Positions 26,389-36,580 of a DNA stretch of 64,000 nucleotides are shown here, piece by piece. Below the pieces are notes generated by a model. That model was not told the origin of the DNA. It saw only the letters and a list, made by a program, of their open reading frames with translations, and ran no database searches. The position numbers were made by a program, and so were the translations under genes. This DNA is from a virus. Each line of letters opens with the position of its first letter. The first letter of the stretch is position 1. The stretch spans positions 12,922 to 76,921 of the IMG/VR virus record IMGVR_UViG_3300022204_000004. One strand, written 5' to 3'.

Positions 26389-28704
26389 ATGGCAGAAATA
26401 TTAAAAAGGTTTAAGAAAAAAGACGTTTTACTCACTAACCAAGATGTTAGGAGCAAGATTTACAACCCTTATTCCAAGACAAATTATTTTGAATTTGAGA
26501 TACCTGTTATTGATGGATTTGATTCAGCCGTATATTCTCCTTTGGTATATCAGGAAATACCACCTCTTGAAAGGGGAACACTTGCCTATGATGATTTTTG
26601 GGACGAACAGGATAAGCGTTGCATAGAGGGATATGCCCCTTTAATTGATGGCATACAATATCCACGAATAACTGGCCCACATTATTTTTATTTGAACATG
26701 GTTCAGATAATGATGCTGAAACAAGGTCAGAACAAAAAGAAACTTAACTATCCTTACTATCGTGTTTTAGACCATATGATTTTTCTAGAGATAGAGAAAG
26801 CCGAACTGTTGGGCTATGGACTGATAATCGGTAAGGCAAGACGTATGGGATTATCCTATATCGGAGATTGCATGACCATATGGAACTTGTTGTTCCACAT
26901 GAATGCTGAAACAGCTATCGGTGCCGGTAAAGCCGATAAAGCAAAAGACCTTTACAACAAAGTCGTCAAGTCCTTGGAAAATCTGAGAGACGAATACAAG
27001 GTAAGTTACAAAAGCAAACAGACCAATACAGGTCAGGAACTTAAACTTTCTTACAAGATTACAGAAAACAAAGTTCAAAAGGATGCGGGTATTGGCAGTA
27101 AACTTGAAGTAAAAACATTTTTTTCTGACCCTTCAGCTTTTGAAGGTGGTTCTTATCAGTTTTTCATATTTGAGGAAATAGGACTTCAGGACAATCTCAT
27201 AAAATCCTACAAAGCTTCCGAACCATGTTTCATGGAAGGAGCCAAACAATTCGGAGTACCAATGCTTTACGGTACAGGTGGTGAAGTTGATAAAGGTTCT
27301 CGTGATATGAAGATCATATACGAAAACCCTGAAGCCTACAATATGAAAAAGCTGTTCATACCAGCTTATCTTTACTATCCCGGAAACCTAGATGTTAAAG
27401 AAGACAAAGATGACAAGCGTTCCGAAATGGAAAAAATGGACGATGGCGTAAACTTCTTTGACATCAAGACAGGAAGAACCGATCAACTTGCCGCACTTGA
27501 ACATATTTTAAAAAGAAGAAAAAGAGCAAGTACATCAAGAGAAGGATATATCAAAGAGGTTCAATCAAGACCTACCGAAGAAGCTCACTTGTTCCTTAAG
27601 ACTAGTGGAGGTATCTTGGATAGGATAAAACTGAACTCACAGCTACAGAAAATATATGATAAAGAATGTGCCTATGTTCCAAGAAAAGGACGATTGGAAT
27701 GGGCATATTCTCCTGAACTTGAAATGAAGCTCATACGTTGCCAATCCCAAAAGGAACGTGACAAAGTGCATATACTTCACAAAAGCAAAGTTGATTTTAT
27801 TGAAGATGAAGACGGAACTGTATATGAAATTGCACCACCAATCAATAGGGCTGAAATGCCTTATGATGCAGATATAGCCGGAACGGACAGTTATGATGAA
27901 GTCGTTCCCGAAGACACGGGATCTAATGGTGCTACTATGGTGTACCGAGTTTTTAATGGATTGAGCAAAGACTACAATATGCCCGTTGCACTTGTTTATG
28001 AAAGAGGTGATTCTTCCAATGACGATAGTTTTTATGGGAACTCGCTAAAAGTTTGCGTAAGATATAATTGCAAGACCCTTGTAGAATATTCAAAGATTAC
28101 CATTATAAATTATTTTGAAGACTGTGGAGCTTCTAACCATTTGACCTTAAAACCTATATTGAGAAATGAAGCGATTGCCAATAAAGGAAGACAGACCTAC
28201 GGTGTTCACGTTAAGGGAGAGATGAAAGGTATCATTACAAGACTATTGAAACAAGAGGTTTTGAACCATTACGAAAACATATGGCTTGACAAAATCCTTT
28301 TGGACCTTATTGAATACGGTGACGGAAATACGGATATAGCTATGGCTTACGGAATGTGCCTGATTACCAAACTGGATATGTTTGACGAGATAACCGACGA
28401 CATAGAAATATACGACGAAGGAGATTTGTTGATGGATATGGCATATTATTCAACAGATGCCAATGGAAATCTTAAAATAAAAACTTATGGTTCAGACGAT
28501 TTTGACGATGGAATTGAGACCTTTGACCCTCGAAAACACCTCGAAGGAGTTGATAGAGAAAATTATCTTAACTTTATGGCAATGAAGAAGAAAAAAATGG
28601 AGGAACAAAGAAAGCTTACAGAACAAATTCAACTAGAACGAGAAGTAGACCCTTTTAAAAGAGCAGTGCAATTAGAAATAGAAAATAGAAAACGCCATGA
28701 TTAA
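26389..28704 (+). CDS. terL: Terminase large subunit
   Basis: ITGPHYFYLN, Walker A GKARRMGLSY, Walker B FIFEEIG, YGTGG, nuclease GTDSYD; crAss-like. Confidence 0.92.
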   Translation: MAEILKRFKKKDVLLTNQDVRSKIYNPYSKTNYFEFEIPVIDGFDSAVYSPLVYQEIPPLERGTLAYDDFWDEQDKRCIEGYAPLIDGIQYPRITGPHYFYLNMVQIMMLKQGQNKKKLNYPYYRVLDHMIFLEIEKAELLGYGLIIGKARRMGLSYIGDCMTIWNLLFHMNAETAIGAGKADKAKDLYNKVVKSLENLRDEYKVSYKSKQTNTGQELKLSYKITENKVQKDAGIGSKLEVKTFFSDPSAFEGGSYQFFIFEEIGLQDNLIKSYKASEPCFMEGAKQFGVPMLYGTGGEVDKGSRDMKIIYENPEAYNMKKLFIPAYLYYPGNLDVKEDKDDKRSEMEKMDDGVNFFDIKTGRTDQLAALEHILKRRKRASTSREGYIKEVQSRPTEEAHLFLKTSGGILDRIKLNSQLQKIYDKECAYVPRKGRLEWAYSPELEMKLIRCQSQKERDKVHILHKSKVDFIEDEDGTVYEIAPPINRAEMPYDADIAGTDSYDEVVPEDTGSNGATMVYRVFNGLSKDYNMPVALVYERGDSSNDDSFYGNSLKVCVRYNCKTLVEYSKITIINYFEDCGASNHLTLKPILRNEAIANKGRQTYGVHVKGEMKGIITRLLKQEVLNHYENIWLDKILLDLIEYGDGNTDIAMAYGMCLITKLDMFDEITDDIEIYDEGDLLMDMAYYSTDANGNLKIKTYGSDDFDDGIETFDPRKHLEGVDRENYLNFMAMKKKKMEEQRKLTEQIQLEREVDPFKRAVQLEIENRKRHD

Positions 28705-30994
28705 CAATCAATTTGAACTCCCTAATCAAAGGCATCCTGAGTCCAAGTGGACAAAAAAGATGTATTTGGATCATGCCAACAGAATGATTGAATACCTTGG
28801 GAACAAGGATTTGACCACAAGAAATGAAATGATTTCAAAACTGTACAGAATTTACAGCTGTCAGTTGAGTAGCAAAGAAGAAGAAGCCAACAAAACATTG
28901 ACGGAACAGTACGGATATGATTTAGGAGTTGAATATGTTGTTTACCCTTTAGCTGAAATGGTCGTTGACCAATTAATAGGCGAATATCTATCCTTGCCAC
29001 TTAAAAAGAAAACCTATTCAATAAACAAGAAAGCCATTAACGAAAGACTTGATGAAAAGGTCAAATATATAGCTGAAGAAATATTCAGAGCAGAAAACAA
29101 AAAACTTCAGAATGAATTGGGCTTTGAGCCTGAAACAGAAAATCCCGAAATAGATCTGCCTGATGATATTGAATTCTTTTTCAATAAAACCTACAAGACA
29201 TTATCTGAAGAACTTTCAGATGATATTGTAACCCACTTTTTAGATGTTCTAAAAGAAAAACGAAAACTTAAAACCTTATTGAGAGATTTCCTTATAGGGG
29301 AGCAGGCGACAGCTTTACTAGACGAGAAGGACGGACATCCCACTATTAAACGTACCAGGTACGATGAAACATATATCGACCTCAACCCAGATGAAGAAGT
29401 CCAAACGGATATAAATATCTTTGCCTACTTCCCTTTTAAGACAAAGAACGAAATCCTCAATGATTACATTTTAGACAAAGACCAACTCAAAAAGATTGAT
29501 GATATCTTTACAAGAATGCAACAAGGCAAATTATTGGATGAGCCTTTTGCTTTTTCAAATGATGGAGTTGACAGACATGGTTACGCAAACTGTAAAAATG
29601 GTGTTTCCTACAAAGGTTGGTATGAGTCAAATGCGACACACAGACTTCGTGTTCTTGTAATGAAATGGAAATCAAGAAAGGAAATCAGAGCCAAAGTACA
29701 CATTGATAAAGCTGGAAAGGAAGTCTATACATTACTCAAAAAAGACGAAAAACCTAGAAACAGAGATGAAGTAAGAACAGTCTCCATAGAGGTTATTCGA
29801 GAAATTGAAATGTTGGGGCCGGATATAGTTTTAAAATATGGCGAATGCAAAGAGCGATTGAGCTATATCGACAACAACAAAAAAGTAAACTTGCCAGTCA
29901 TATCCTTAAGGGGAAGAAACACAATGTATTCTACAGAGATACGCTCGGTAGTTGCAAAAGTCGCTCCACTTCAGAAAATGGCTTCCGATATCCTTTTTGA
30001 ACTTCGATTAGCCATAAAAGCAAATAACGGTAGGGTATTGGTTTATGATGCTTCACAAATACCAAAACAGTTTATAGATTCTTATGGTCAGGAAAATGCA
30101 ATCAATAGAATGTTGCACCATATCAAAAAGGACAAAATTTTAATATTCAATTCCAAAGACAAAAAATCAAGAGCAACATTCAATCAGTTTACAGCTCTTG
30201 ATTTGACCAATAGAGGTCTCGTTCAAGATTTGATAAATGCTCTTATGCTCATGGAAGAATTGGGCAGAAAGTTTGTAGGCATTACAAAAGAACGTCAAGG
30301 TGAAGTTGGTCAGTACCAAACGGCACAAGGAACCGATAGAGCTGTACTTGCCTCAAATGCACGTACCGAGATATACTTCAATCCATTTGACGAGTTTGTT
30401 CAAGGTCTATTGAACAAAATGTTGATGAAGGCAAAATCTGTTTATAGAACAGGTCAAGTGTTCTCATATGTCTTTGGTGATTTAATGACAAAATTTTTAA
30501 CTATATTCCAAGAGTTCTTTAATGTGGATATAGGTCTTTATTTTGGAGATAGATTCAAAGACCAAAGGGATAAACAAATCATTGACCAAGCTGCGATGCA
30601 AGCTTTGGGAAATGCAACTGACAGAGAACAGATATTGGATCTGATAAATGTTCTTGAAGCCGAACACGCTTCTGAAAGTAAAGCTATCTTGGAAAAAGGA
30701 CTTAAAGCTTTTGAAAAACTTCAGCAAGAAAATGCTAAAGCGGCTCAAGAAAACCAAATGAAAATGGACCAACTTAAAGCCGAAGAAGCCGAAAAAGAAA
30801 GAGAAGTTAAAAGAGAAGGCTTTCAAAAAGACATTACAGTTGCCAAAATATATGCAGACAATAAAACTTTTAATTCTGAAGAAGATAGGGTTTCCAATGA
30901 AGTACAGACAGCGGCCAAGATTGAAAGTGATTTATTGAAAGCAGAAAAAAGTAGTATAGCAAAGCCTTCAACGGCTTCAAAAAACAATGAATAA
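28697..30994 (+). CDS. Portal protein
   Basis: 765 aa after TerL; LIGEYL..P, GITKERQG motifs, C-terminal coiled coil. Confidence 0.85.
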   Translation: MINNQFELPNQRHPESKWTKKMYLDHANRMIEYLGNKDLTTRNEMISKLYRIYSCQLSSKEEEANKTLTEQYGYDLGVEYVVYPLAEMVVDQLIGEYLSLPLKKKTYSINKKAINERLDEKVKYIAEEIFRAENKKLQNELGFEPETENPEIDLPDDIEFFFNKTYKTLSEELSDDIVTHFLDVLKEKRKLKTLLRDFLIGEQATALLDEKDGHPTIKRTRYDETYIDLNPDEEVQTDINIFAYFPFKTKNEILNDYILDKDQLKKIDDIFTRMQQGKLLDEPFAFSNDGVDRHGYANCKNGVSYKGWYESNATHRLRVLVMKWKSRKEIRAKVHIDKAGKEVYTLLKKDEKPRNRDEVRTVSIEVIREIEMLGPDIVLKYGECKERLSYIDNNKKVNLPVISLRGRNTMYSTEIRSVVAKVAPLQKMASDILFELRLAIKANNGRVLVYDASQIPKQFIDSYGQENAINRMLHHIKKDKILIFNSKDKKSRATFNQFTALDLTNRGLVQDLINALMLMEELGRKFVGITKERQGEVGQYQTAQGTDRAVLASNARTEIYFNPFDEFVQGLLNKMLMKAKSVYRTGQVFSYVFGDLMTKFLTIFQEFFNVDIGLYFGDRFKDQRDKQIIDQAAMQALGNATDREQILDLINVLEAEHASESKAILEKGLKAFEKLQQENAKAAQENQMKMDQLKAEEAEKEREVKREGFQKDITVAKIYADNKTFNSEEDRVSNEVQTAAKIESDLLKAEKSSIAKPSTASKNNE

Positions 30995-31002
30995 TTATTT
31001 TA

Positions 31003-31010
31003 TACATTTG
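31003..31010 (+). promoter_or_regulatory. -7 promoter box for scaffold/capsid operon
   Basis: TACATTTG. Confidence 0.6.
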
Positions 31011-31046
31011 TATTAAACATTTTAAAAATCAGAAAAAATTAAAATT

Positions 31047-32045
31047 ATGGCAGACGAAACTAAACAGTATGATCCTTCAAATACAGAAATACCTGTAGAT
31101 TTTTTTGAAAATCAAAAAAGAGAAGAAGAAGATGAATTCATTAACAGTTTTGATGAGAGAACCTACGAAGAAGCAAACTCTCCAAGAATGACGGACGAGG
31201 TTGAAGAGGTCGTAGATCCACAAGACGCAAATGATGAAGAGGACCCAGCTGAACCGTTTAAATTTGACGACACTTTAGCTGAAGCTGAAAAAGCTGAATT
31301 AGCTGAACTTAATGCTAAACTTGGAACCAACTTTGAGGATTTAAAAGAGCTTAAAGAAAAAATCAAACAGACCGATACTAAAGAACAGATATCTGAAATC
31401 GAAGAGGACAGAGATTTTGTTGCTTATTTCCAAAGTGTAATGAAGTACGATGACAAGGATATAGTCATGGAAGATGAGAAATTAAAAGCTCAACAACTAG
31501 GAAAGAATATCAAAGACCCTCGTATTATGGAAGAAATAGAGGAAAAGGTCGAAAGATTGGAACAAAATGAAATGTTGGATTATGCGGCTCAGGCTGTACG
31601 AAACAATGTTCAGAATGCCATTGACAAACGTCAAAGCAAAATCGATGCTTTTGAAAACAGTCAAAAACAAACATTAGAACAAAAAGAAGCTGCCCGAAAA
31701 GAGCAACTTCAAGAAAGTATAAACTCTATCTATAAAGCTGGAAAGTTTTTAAACATCACGCCAAAGAAAGAGGATTTTGTTGAAATCTATAGAGATTTAA
31801 GCAAAGGAAAACTTATTGACCACTTGAATGCCGATCCTGCGAGTGCCGTAGAGGTTGCGCTTTATCTTAAGTACAAAAACGAAATTAGTAAAAACTTAGG
31901 CAAGCCAGGCTTTAAAGCTGGGGTAAAGTCGGCCCTTGAAACCATAGGGATGACAACGACACAACAAACCGGCAAAGGTGTCACGAAAAATGACAGAAGC
32001 GACAATCAGGACGAGCTAAGCTATTTAGATGCGTTTGCAAAATAA
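31047..32045 (+). CDS. Putative scaffolding protein
   Basis: Acidic coiled-coil protein between portal and capsid. Confidence 0.65.
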   Translation: MADETKQYDPSNTEIPVDFFENQKREEEDEFINSFDERTYEEANSPRMTDEVEEVVDPQDANDEEDPAEPFKFDDTLAEAEKAELAELNAKLGTNFEDLKELKEKIKQTDTKEQISEIEEDRDFVAYFQSVMKYDDKDIVMEDEKLKAQQLGKNIKDPRIMEEIEEKVERLEQNEMLDYAAQAVRNNVQNAIDKRQSKIDAFENSQKQTLEQKEAARKEQLQESINSIYKAGKFLNITPKKEDFVEIYRDLSKGKLIDHLNADPASAVEVALYLKYKNEISKNLGKPGFKAGVKSALETIGMTTTQQTGKGVTKNDRSDNQDELSYLDAFAK

Positions 32046-32186
32046 CAACGGGCAAAGCTAGTTGTTCAAACAAAATAAATAGTGACAAAAAGTAGTCAAT
32101 ATGAGGTAAGTATCCAAAGGCAAAGCTATTGGAAATTAGCCATTTTTTAAATTATTATAAACCCTTAAAAAAAACTTAAAAAATGG
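32044..32186 (+). promoter_or_regulatory. Structured capsid leader (tandem hairpins and anti-AUG stem)
   Basis: Two hairpins sharing GGCAAAGCTA (32051-32060, 32119-32128); CCATTTTTTAA 32140-32150 pairs perfectly with 32176-32186. Confidence 0.65.
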
Positions 32187-33865
32187 GAACATTATTGAGA
32201 GGGGTGTCCGAAAGGTTCAACCCGCAAATTCACACAGAAGACAAGTCTCTTACTGTGAATATGGCGAAACATAACGCCATTAAGAACAAAACATTTGATT
32301 TGTTCGCTTCCAAAAACAAGTTCATCTCGTTCTTATACGCGACTGGACGTGTAAACATGGGAGTTCAAGCCGGAAAAGTTATGAAAGCAAGTGGATCTAT
32401 CCACGATAACGCTTATCGTATTGCTTATAAAGGCTCTTTGTTTATTCCATCGTATGCCTTTGGAAAAACATTATTTGCTGACAATGCAGCTGAAGTTCAA
32501 GCTATCACAAACTTGACAGCTCAACCGTTAGCTGTAAACTACGGAACAGGTGTAGCCGCAGCGGCTGACATCATTCACAATGTCTATGTTGCTCTTGGAG
32601 TTAAACATGACCCAACCAACAACGTATTTGGAGACAAATACAACGAGGGTGACGTTATCTGTTTAGGAAACTACGAGGGAACCAACATCATTGTAATGGG
32701 GAAACCTGTTAAGTCGGTTTCAGGTGATCATTATGTTGTTTATGGAAAAGTAAACGGCAAAACAGGACTTTTCGTTGAAGCTCATTTAGCGGCTGACGAA
32801 TTGTTATCTGAAGGTGGTAACAGATTTGGCGAAGGATCTGAAAGAGGTTATCAAAGAGAACGTAGAACAAAATGGAGAATTAACTATTCTTTCATTTCTC
32901 GTGCTACGCTTACGATGACCGGTTCAGCCATGAGTCAAAAAGTTGCCGTTATCTACAATAGCGAAACAAGAGCCACTATGTGGGAATTGGAAGCTGTTAT
33001 GGATTTACGTGAGAAACACGCTATCGACATGGAATTGGGTGCTCGTCATTCAAGAATGTCAATGGATCCAAGTTCTCACTTATGGTATGAAAATTACGGA
33101 ACAAACCTACTTACCCTTGATGGCTTTACTGCTGACTATGGTATCGTAGCACCTGTCATCGGTGATGGATGGCTTCCTCAATTAGAGGATTCTTTGACCG
33201 TAAGCTATGACCCGAATAACGATTTAGATATTCAAATCATAGAATTAATGATTACTATTTTGGCGCAACGTGCTCCTAACGGAAGTACAGGAAACACTTT
33301 TGTCATTCTTGGAGACAAGTTGGCTCACATGAAAGTGGACAAAGCGCTGAAATTATTAATAGGACATTCTTCAGACGCTACTGTAGTTACAAACAACAAC
33401 ACTAATTATGTTGTCAATGTTCGTACAGGTGAGAAAAACAAAGTTGGCTTTACTGTTGATAGATATCACTATCTTGAAAACGAAGTCATCTTTATTGAAG
33501 ATGAATTGTCCAATCATCCTGCTTTTGCCCCTCAAAACGGTGGTATCGTTGGTACAGGTTCAATGTATATCTTAAACGCTTCTATGGTGAACGGTGTTTC
33601 AAACATCGATTTATTGTCACGTAGTGACAGAGCTTTAAGAGCTAAATACATTGACGGTATGCACTCATTAGATCCAAAAAGAAATGCTTCTCCGGTTGCT
33701 TTCTCAGGATTTGACGGTGGTCGATTCGACTTATTAAGCGAAGTTCTTCCTATCATCTATTCAACTGAAAGTTGTGGTAGATTATTGGCAAGTGCTAAGT
33801 TTGCTGGCGGTGCATTATCAGGAGCTCCTGTTGCAAGTGAAATTGCTCCAGTTTGGCATTATTAG
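32183..33865 (+). CDS. Major capsid protein
   Basis: Position after scaffold, 560 aa, EGSERG motif, G.GW.PQ, biased codon usage, terminator after. Confidence 0.8.
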   Translation: MGTLLRGVSERFNPQIHTEDKSLTVNMAKHNAIKNKTFDLFASKNKFISFLYATGRVNMGVQAGKVMKASGSIHDNAYRIAYKGSLFIPSYAFGKTLFADNAAEVQAITNLTAQPLAVNYGTGVAAAADIIHNVYVALGVKHDPTNNVFGDKYNEGDVICLGNYEGTNIIVMGKPVKSVSGDHYVVYGKVNGKTGLFVEAHLAADELLSEGGNRFGEGSERGYQRERRTKWRINYSFISRATLTMTGSAMSQKVAVIYNSETRATMWELEAVMDLREKHAIDMELGARHSRMSMDPSSHLWYENYGTNLLTLDGFTADYGIVAPVIGDGWLPQLEDSLTVSYDPNNDLDIQIIELMITILAQRAPNGSTGNTFVILGDKLAHMKVDKALKLLIGHSSDATVVTNNNTNYVVNVRTGEKNKVGFTVDRYHYLENEVIFIEDELSNHPAFAPQNGGIVGTGSMYILNASMVNGVSNIDLLSRSDRALRAKYIDGMHSLDPKRNASPVAFSGFDGGRFDLLSEVLPIIYSTESCGRLLASAKFAGGALSGAPVASEIAPVWHY

Positions 33866-33885
33866 TTTAGTTAGTTAATTGAGAT

Positions 33886-33921
33886 AAGGGCTGTGAGTTG
33901 AAAGCCATGGCCCTTTCTTTT
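33886..33921 (+). terminator. Terminator after MCP
   Basis: AAGGGCTGTG/CATGGCCCTT followed by T-rich tail. Confidence 0.7.
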
Positions 33922-33939
33922 AAAAAATCAGAAACACAA

Positions 33940-34743
33940 ATGGAAGTAGCACAAAAACAAAAAGTATGGCATAATGTCGAAATTACGGGCAGATGGCTTT
34001 TGACTTATGAAATCAAAAACAATCAAGGTCCAATGGCTTTCGGTGGAAAGCATTTAAGTCCTTACCCAAACCCTTACACGCAACAAAAGACGTGGAGAAA
34101 ATCTGTAAATGGTACAGCCTTAAACGGACTGATGATGGACAGACTTTCTAAAATTTATTTACCTGACGAATATCCACAGGACAAACTAGATGTTAATTGG
34201 TTAATCATGCACCCAGAGGTTAAAGTCGAGGGAGTAAAAGATTTAGATCCAAAGATTGTTTCCGCTAAAACCGGAATGCAAATCACATTGAAATGTTTGG
34301 ATTATGTCGTTATGCAGGATATTGAAGACGAAGATTTTATTGATAGAGTTATTGGAAGGCTTACACTTGATGGTGGAACCCAAGCAATAGGTCTTGAAAA
34401 ACTAAGATATGTATTGGCCGCTCTTGGACAAAGTTATTACGATAACAGATATGAGGGTGCTGCCGAAAAGAAAATGCTCCGTTCAAAATTAAAAACTTGG
34501 ACACGTAAATCTATTGAGAACGCTAGATTGGTACAAGAAGCCATAGACTCAATGGACGAATCGCAAGACAATTATTATTTCAAAGAAATGTTGCGTTTCA
34601 AGGTATTGGTGCCTTCAAATGGTGTTTACAAATTTCAGAACACTCCAATCGGAGCGAATGAATCAGCTGTAAATGCTTTCTTTTCAAATCACCCTGATAC
34701 CAAAGCCGCAGCAATGGAAGCCCTAATGAAACTGTTAAAATAA
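33940..34743 (+). CDS. Post-capsid protein (crAss-like gene order)
   Basis: ATG 33940 preceded by AAAAATCAGAA; ORF track start 33898 lies inside the terminator. Confidence 0.65.
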   Translation: MEVAQKQKVWHNVEITGRWLLTYEIKNNQGPMAFGGKHLSPYPNPYTQQKTWRKSVNGTALNGLMMDRLSKIYLPDEYPQDKLDVNWLIMHPEVKVEGVKDLDPKIVSAKTGMQITLKCLDYVVMQDIEDEDFIDRVIGRLTLDGGTQAIGLEKLRYVLAALGQSYYDNRYEGAAEKKMLRSKLKTWTRKSIENARLVQEAIDSMDESQDNYYFKEMLRFKVLVPSNGVYKFQNTPIGANESAVNAFFSNHPDTKAAAMEALMKLLK

Positions 34744-34750
34744 ATTTATC

Positions 34751-35398
34751 ATGGCTTATACAGTAAATCATCTTTATCAAAAAGTATTGGAAGGAACCGA
34801 CAAAATGGGAAGTGACTTCTATACGGTGGACTATGTAATGAACAGGCTTGAAGCCGCTGTTTATGATTTCATAGGTGAAACCGTAAAATACATGGAGAAC
34901 ACCCAAGAAATCAGAGATGATATCAGAACACTGTATAAGCCATATAAATTGGCTGTCATTCCGGACCCCTCTGGAAATGGCAAATTTTTAGCATCCTTAC
35001 CTACAGATTACCAACATTTGATGTCGGGAAAAGTTCTTGACCAAAATGTTACAACAAGAAAGACAAGGATATTGAGACATGGACAGCTCGATATTTTTGA
35101 AACAAACCCGAACACCAAAGCAACCGCTGAATACCCTACAGTAGTTGTTTACGAAGATTATCTACAGATAGTCAGTACGGGAACACCTGAATTCATTGAG
35201 GGTTTCTATGTAAAGAAACCTGTCTTTGGAAACCACGACATACATCATGACGATTTAGATGTCGAAATTGCAGTTAATCTACCTGACCATGCAGTTGACA
35301 AGATTATAAAAACGATTATAAGAGACATATTTACAGCTGTTGGAGATCCAAGAGTTCAAATACAATCAGCATCAGTAGAAGACTACCGTAATAGATAA
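34751..35398 (+). CDS. Putative head-tail ring/connector protein
   Basis: ASLPTDY.H, YVKKP, VNLPDH pattern; position. Confidence 0.6.
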   Translation: MAYTVNHLYQKVLEGTDKMGSDFYTVDYVMNRLEAAVYDFIGETVKYMENTQEIRDDIRTLYKPYKLAVIPDPSGNGKFLASLPTDYQHLMSGKVLDQNVTTRKTRILRHGQLDIFETNPNTKATAEYPTVVVYEDYLQIVSTGTPEFIEGFYVKKPVFGNHDIHHDDLDVEIAVNLPDHAVDKIIKTIIRDIFTAVGDPRVQIQSASVEDYRNR

Positions 35399-35403
35399 GC
35401 CCT

Positions 35404-36099
35404 ATGATTACTACAGAAGAAAACATATTATATCAGCTGTTAAGCTCTATCAGGTCAAGTGAACTTATCAATGATGAGGTCATTGACGAAAGAGAAATTA
35501 GGTCAATGATGCGTGTACATCGCAATGAATTGATCTATAAATATTCAAACAAAGGTGTGGATATTCAGGATATTTGCTTTCAGATGCTTCCAATTATAAA
35601 CTTAAGCGTTCTGAACGCAAACGAGTATATTGCAAGCCTTCCTAATATAGTTCAGCTTCCCCACAATTTAGGCACATACCTACAAACTTTGGAGTTTGGA
35701 AATATACCTATTCTGTCAAGTGAGACCTATGAGCTATCAAAAAGAAACCTTATTGATAAGTATCAGCCAAAAGCAACTATTCAAAATCAACAACTCAAGG
35801 TTTATATCAATGGTGTCAGTCCACAAGCAATAGCTAATGGTACAAGGGTAAACAGTAGAAATGCCAGTATAATGACCAAACAGGTTCAAATGAGAGCCGT
35901 ATTGGACAACCCTGATGATGGTTACAATTATGATTGGACTACAAGTCAATATCCTTTACCAAATGAAATCGTAAATGAGTTAAAGGTAAATCTTTTGAAA
36001 AGAGATTTTAATATTATACTAAGTTCAAAGTCAGACCAAGTTCCTAATATGAAAAACGACACATTGAGATACCATGACCAAGGACAAGTACAGCGATAA
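35404..36099 (+). CDS. Putative ring/tail tubular protein
   Basis: RAVLDNPD...YPLP motif; position. Confidence 0.55.
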   Translation: MITTEENILYQLLSSIRSSELINDEVIDEREIRSMMRVHRNELIYKYSNKGVDIQDICFQMLPIINLSVLNANEYIASLPNIVQLPHNLGTYLQTLEFGNIPILSSETYELSKRNLIDKYQPKATIQNQQLKVYINGVSPQAIANGTRVNSRNASIMTKQVQMRAVLDNPDDGYNYDWTTSQYPLPNEIVNELKVNLLKRDFNIILSSKSDQVPNMKNDTLRYHDQGQVQR

Positions 36100-36580
36100 T
36101 GAAATCATACGAATTGACTATTTCTATAATCTTTTTGTAAGCCGTAAACGGTTATTCTTTCCGTCTATGTTTTTGTTCCCTACCAATACCAGGAACAAGA
36201 AGATCCCTGTTGACTTTCAACTTTTCAAGAGAATAATTCAAAAGTATTTTGAGATATACTTTAATGAACTATATTTCAATGACACACCCAAATACTTTCC
36301 ACTGTCAGGAAAGATAAAAAAAGCAAAAGGTTCCAATTTTTTTGTAAACAGTAAAAAGAAAGTAAGAAGACTTGGAAGAAGTCTGACTTGGATATGGTAC
36401 GATAGACCTTCAATATCTTTTTGCTCTAATGTGAAATTAATTAAATTAAAAGGCTCGACAAGTAGAGTTGGATTATTGGACAAAAAGTACAAAGAACAAA
36501 AAGACATTGAATTGTTACCAAGTGCAAATTCAGCTTTAATGGAGTTAGTTAACAATAATAAAATGTTTAGAAATGGTTAG
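36074..36580 (+). CDS. Basic protein, IHF-like gene slot of crAss-like structural modules
   Basis: K/R-rich; positional inference. Confidence 0.4.
   Translation: MTKDKYSDNEIIRIDYFYNLFVSRKRLFFPSMFLFPTNTRNKKIPVDFQLFKRIIQKYFEIYFNELYFNDTPKYFPLSGKIKKAKGSNFFVNSKKKVRRLGRSLTWIWYDRPSISFCSNVKLIKLKGSTSRVGLLDKKYKEQKDIELLPSANSALMELVNNNKMFRNG

Noticed and set aside
26389-28704. Intein or intron in TerL (also checked DnaB)
   Set aside because: Lengths are ordinary for these families and no intein splice motifs or frame breaks were seen
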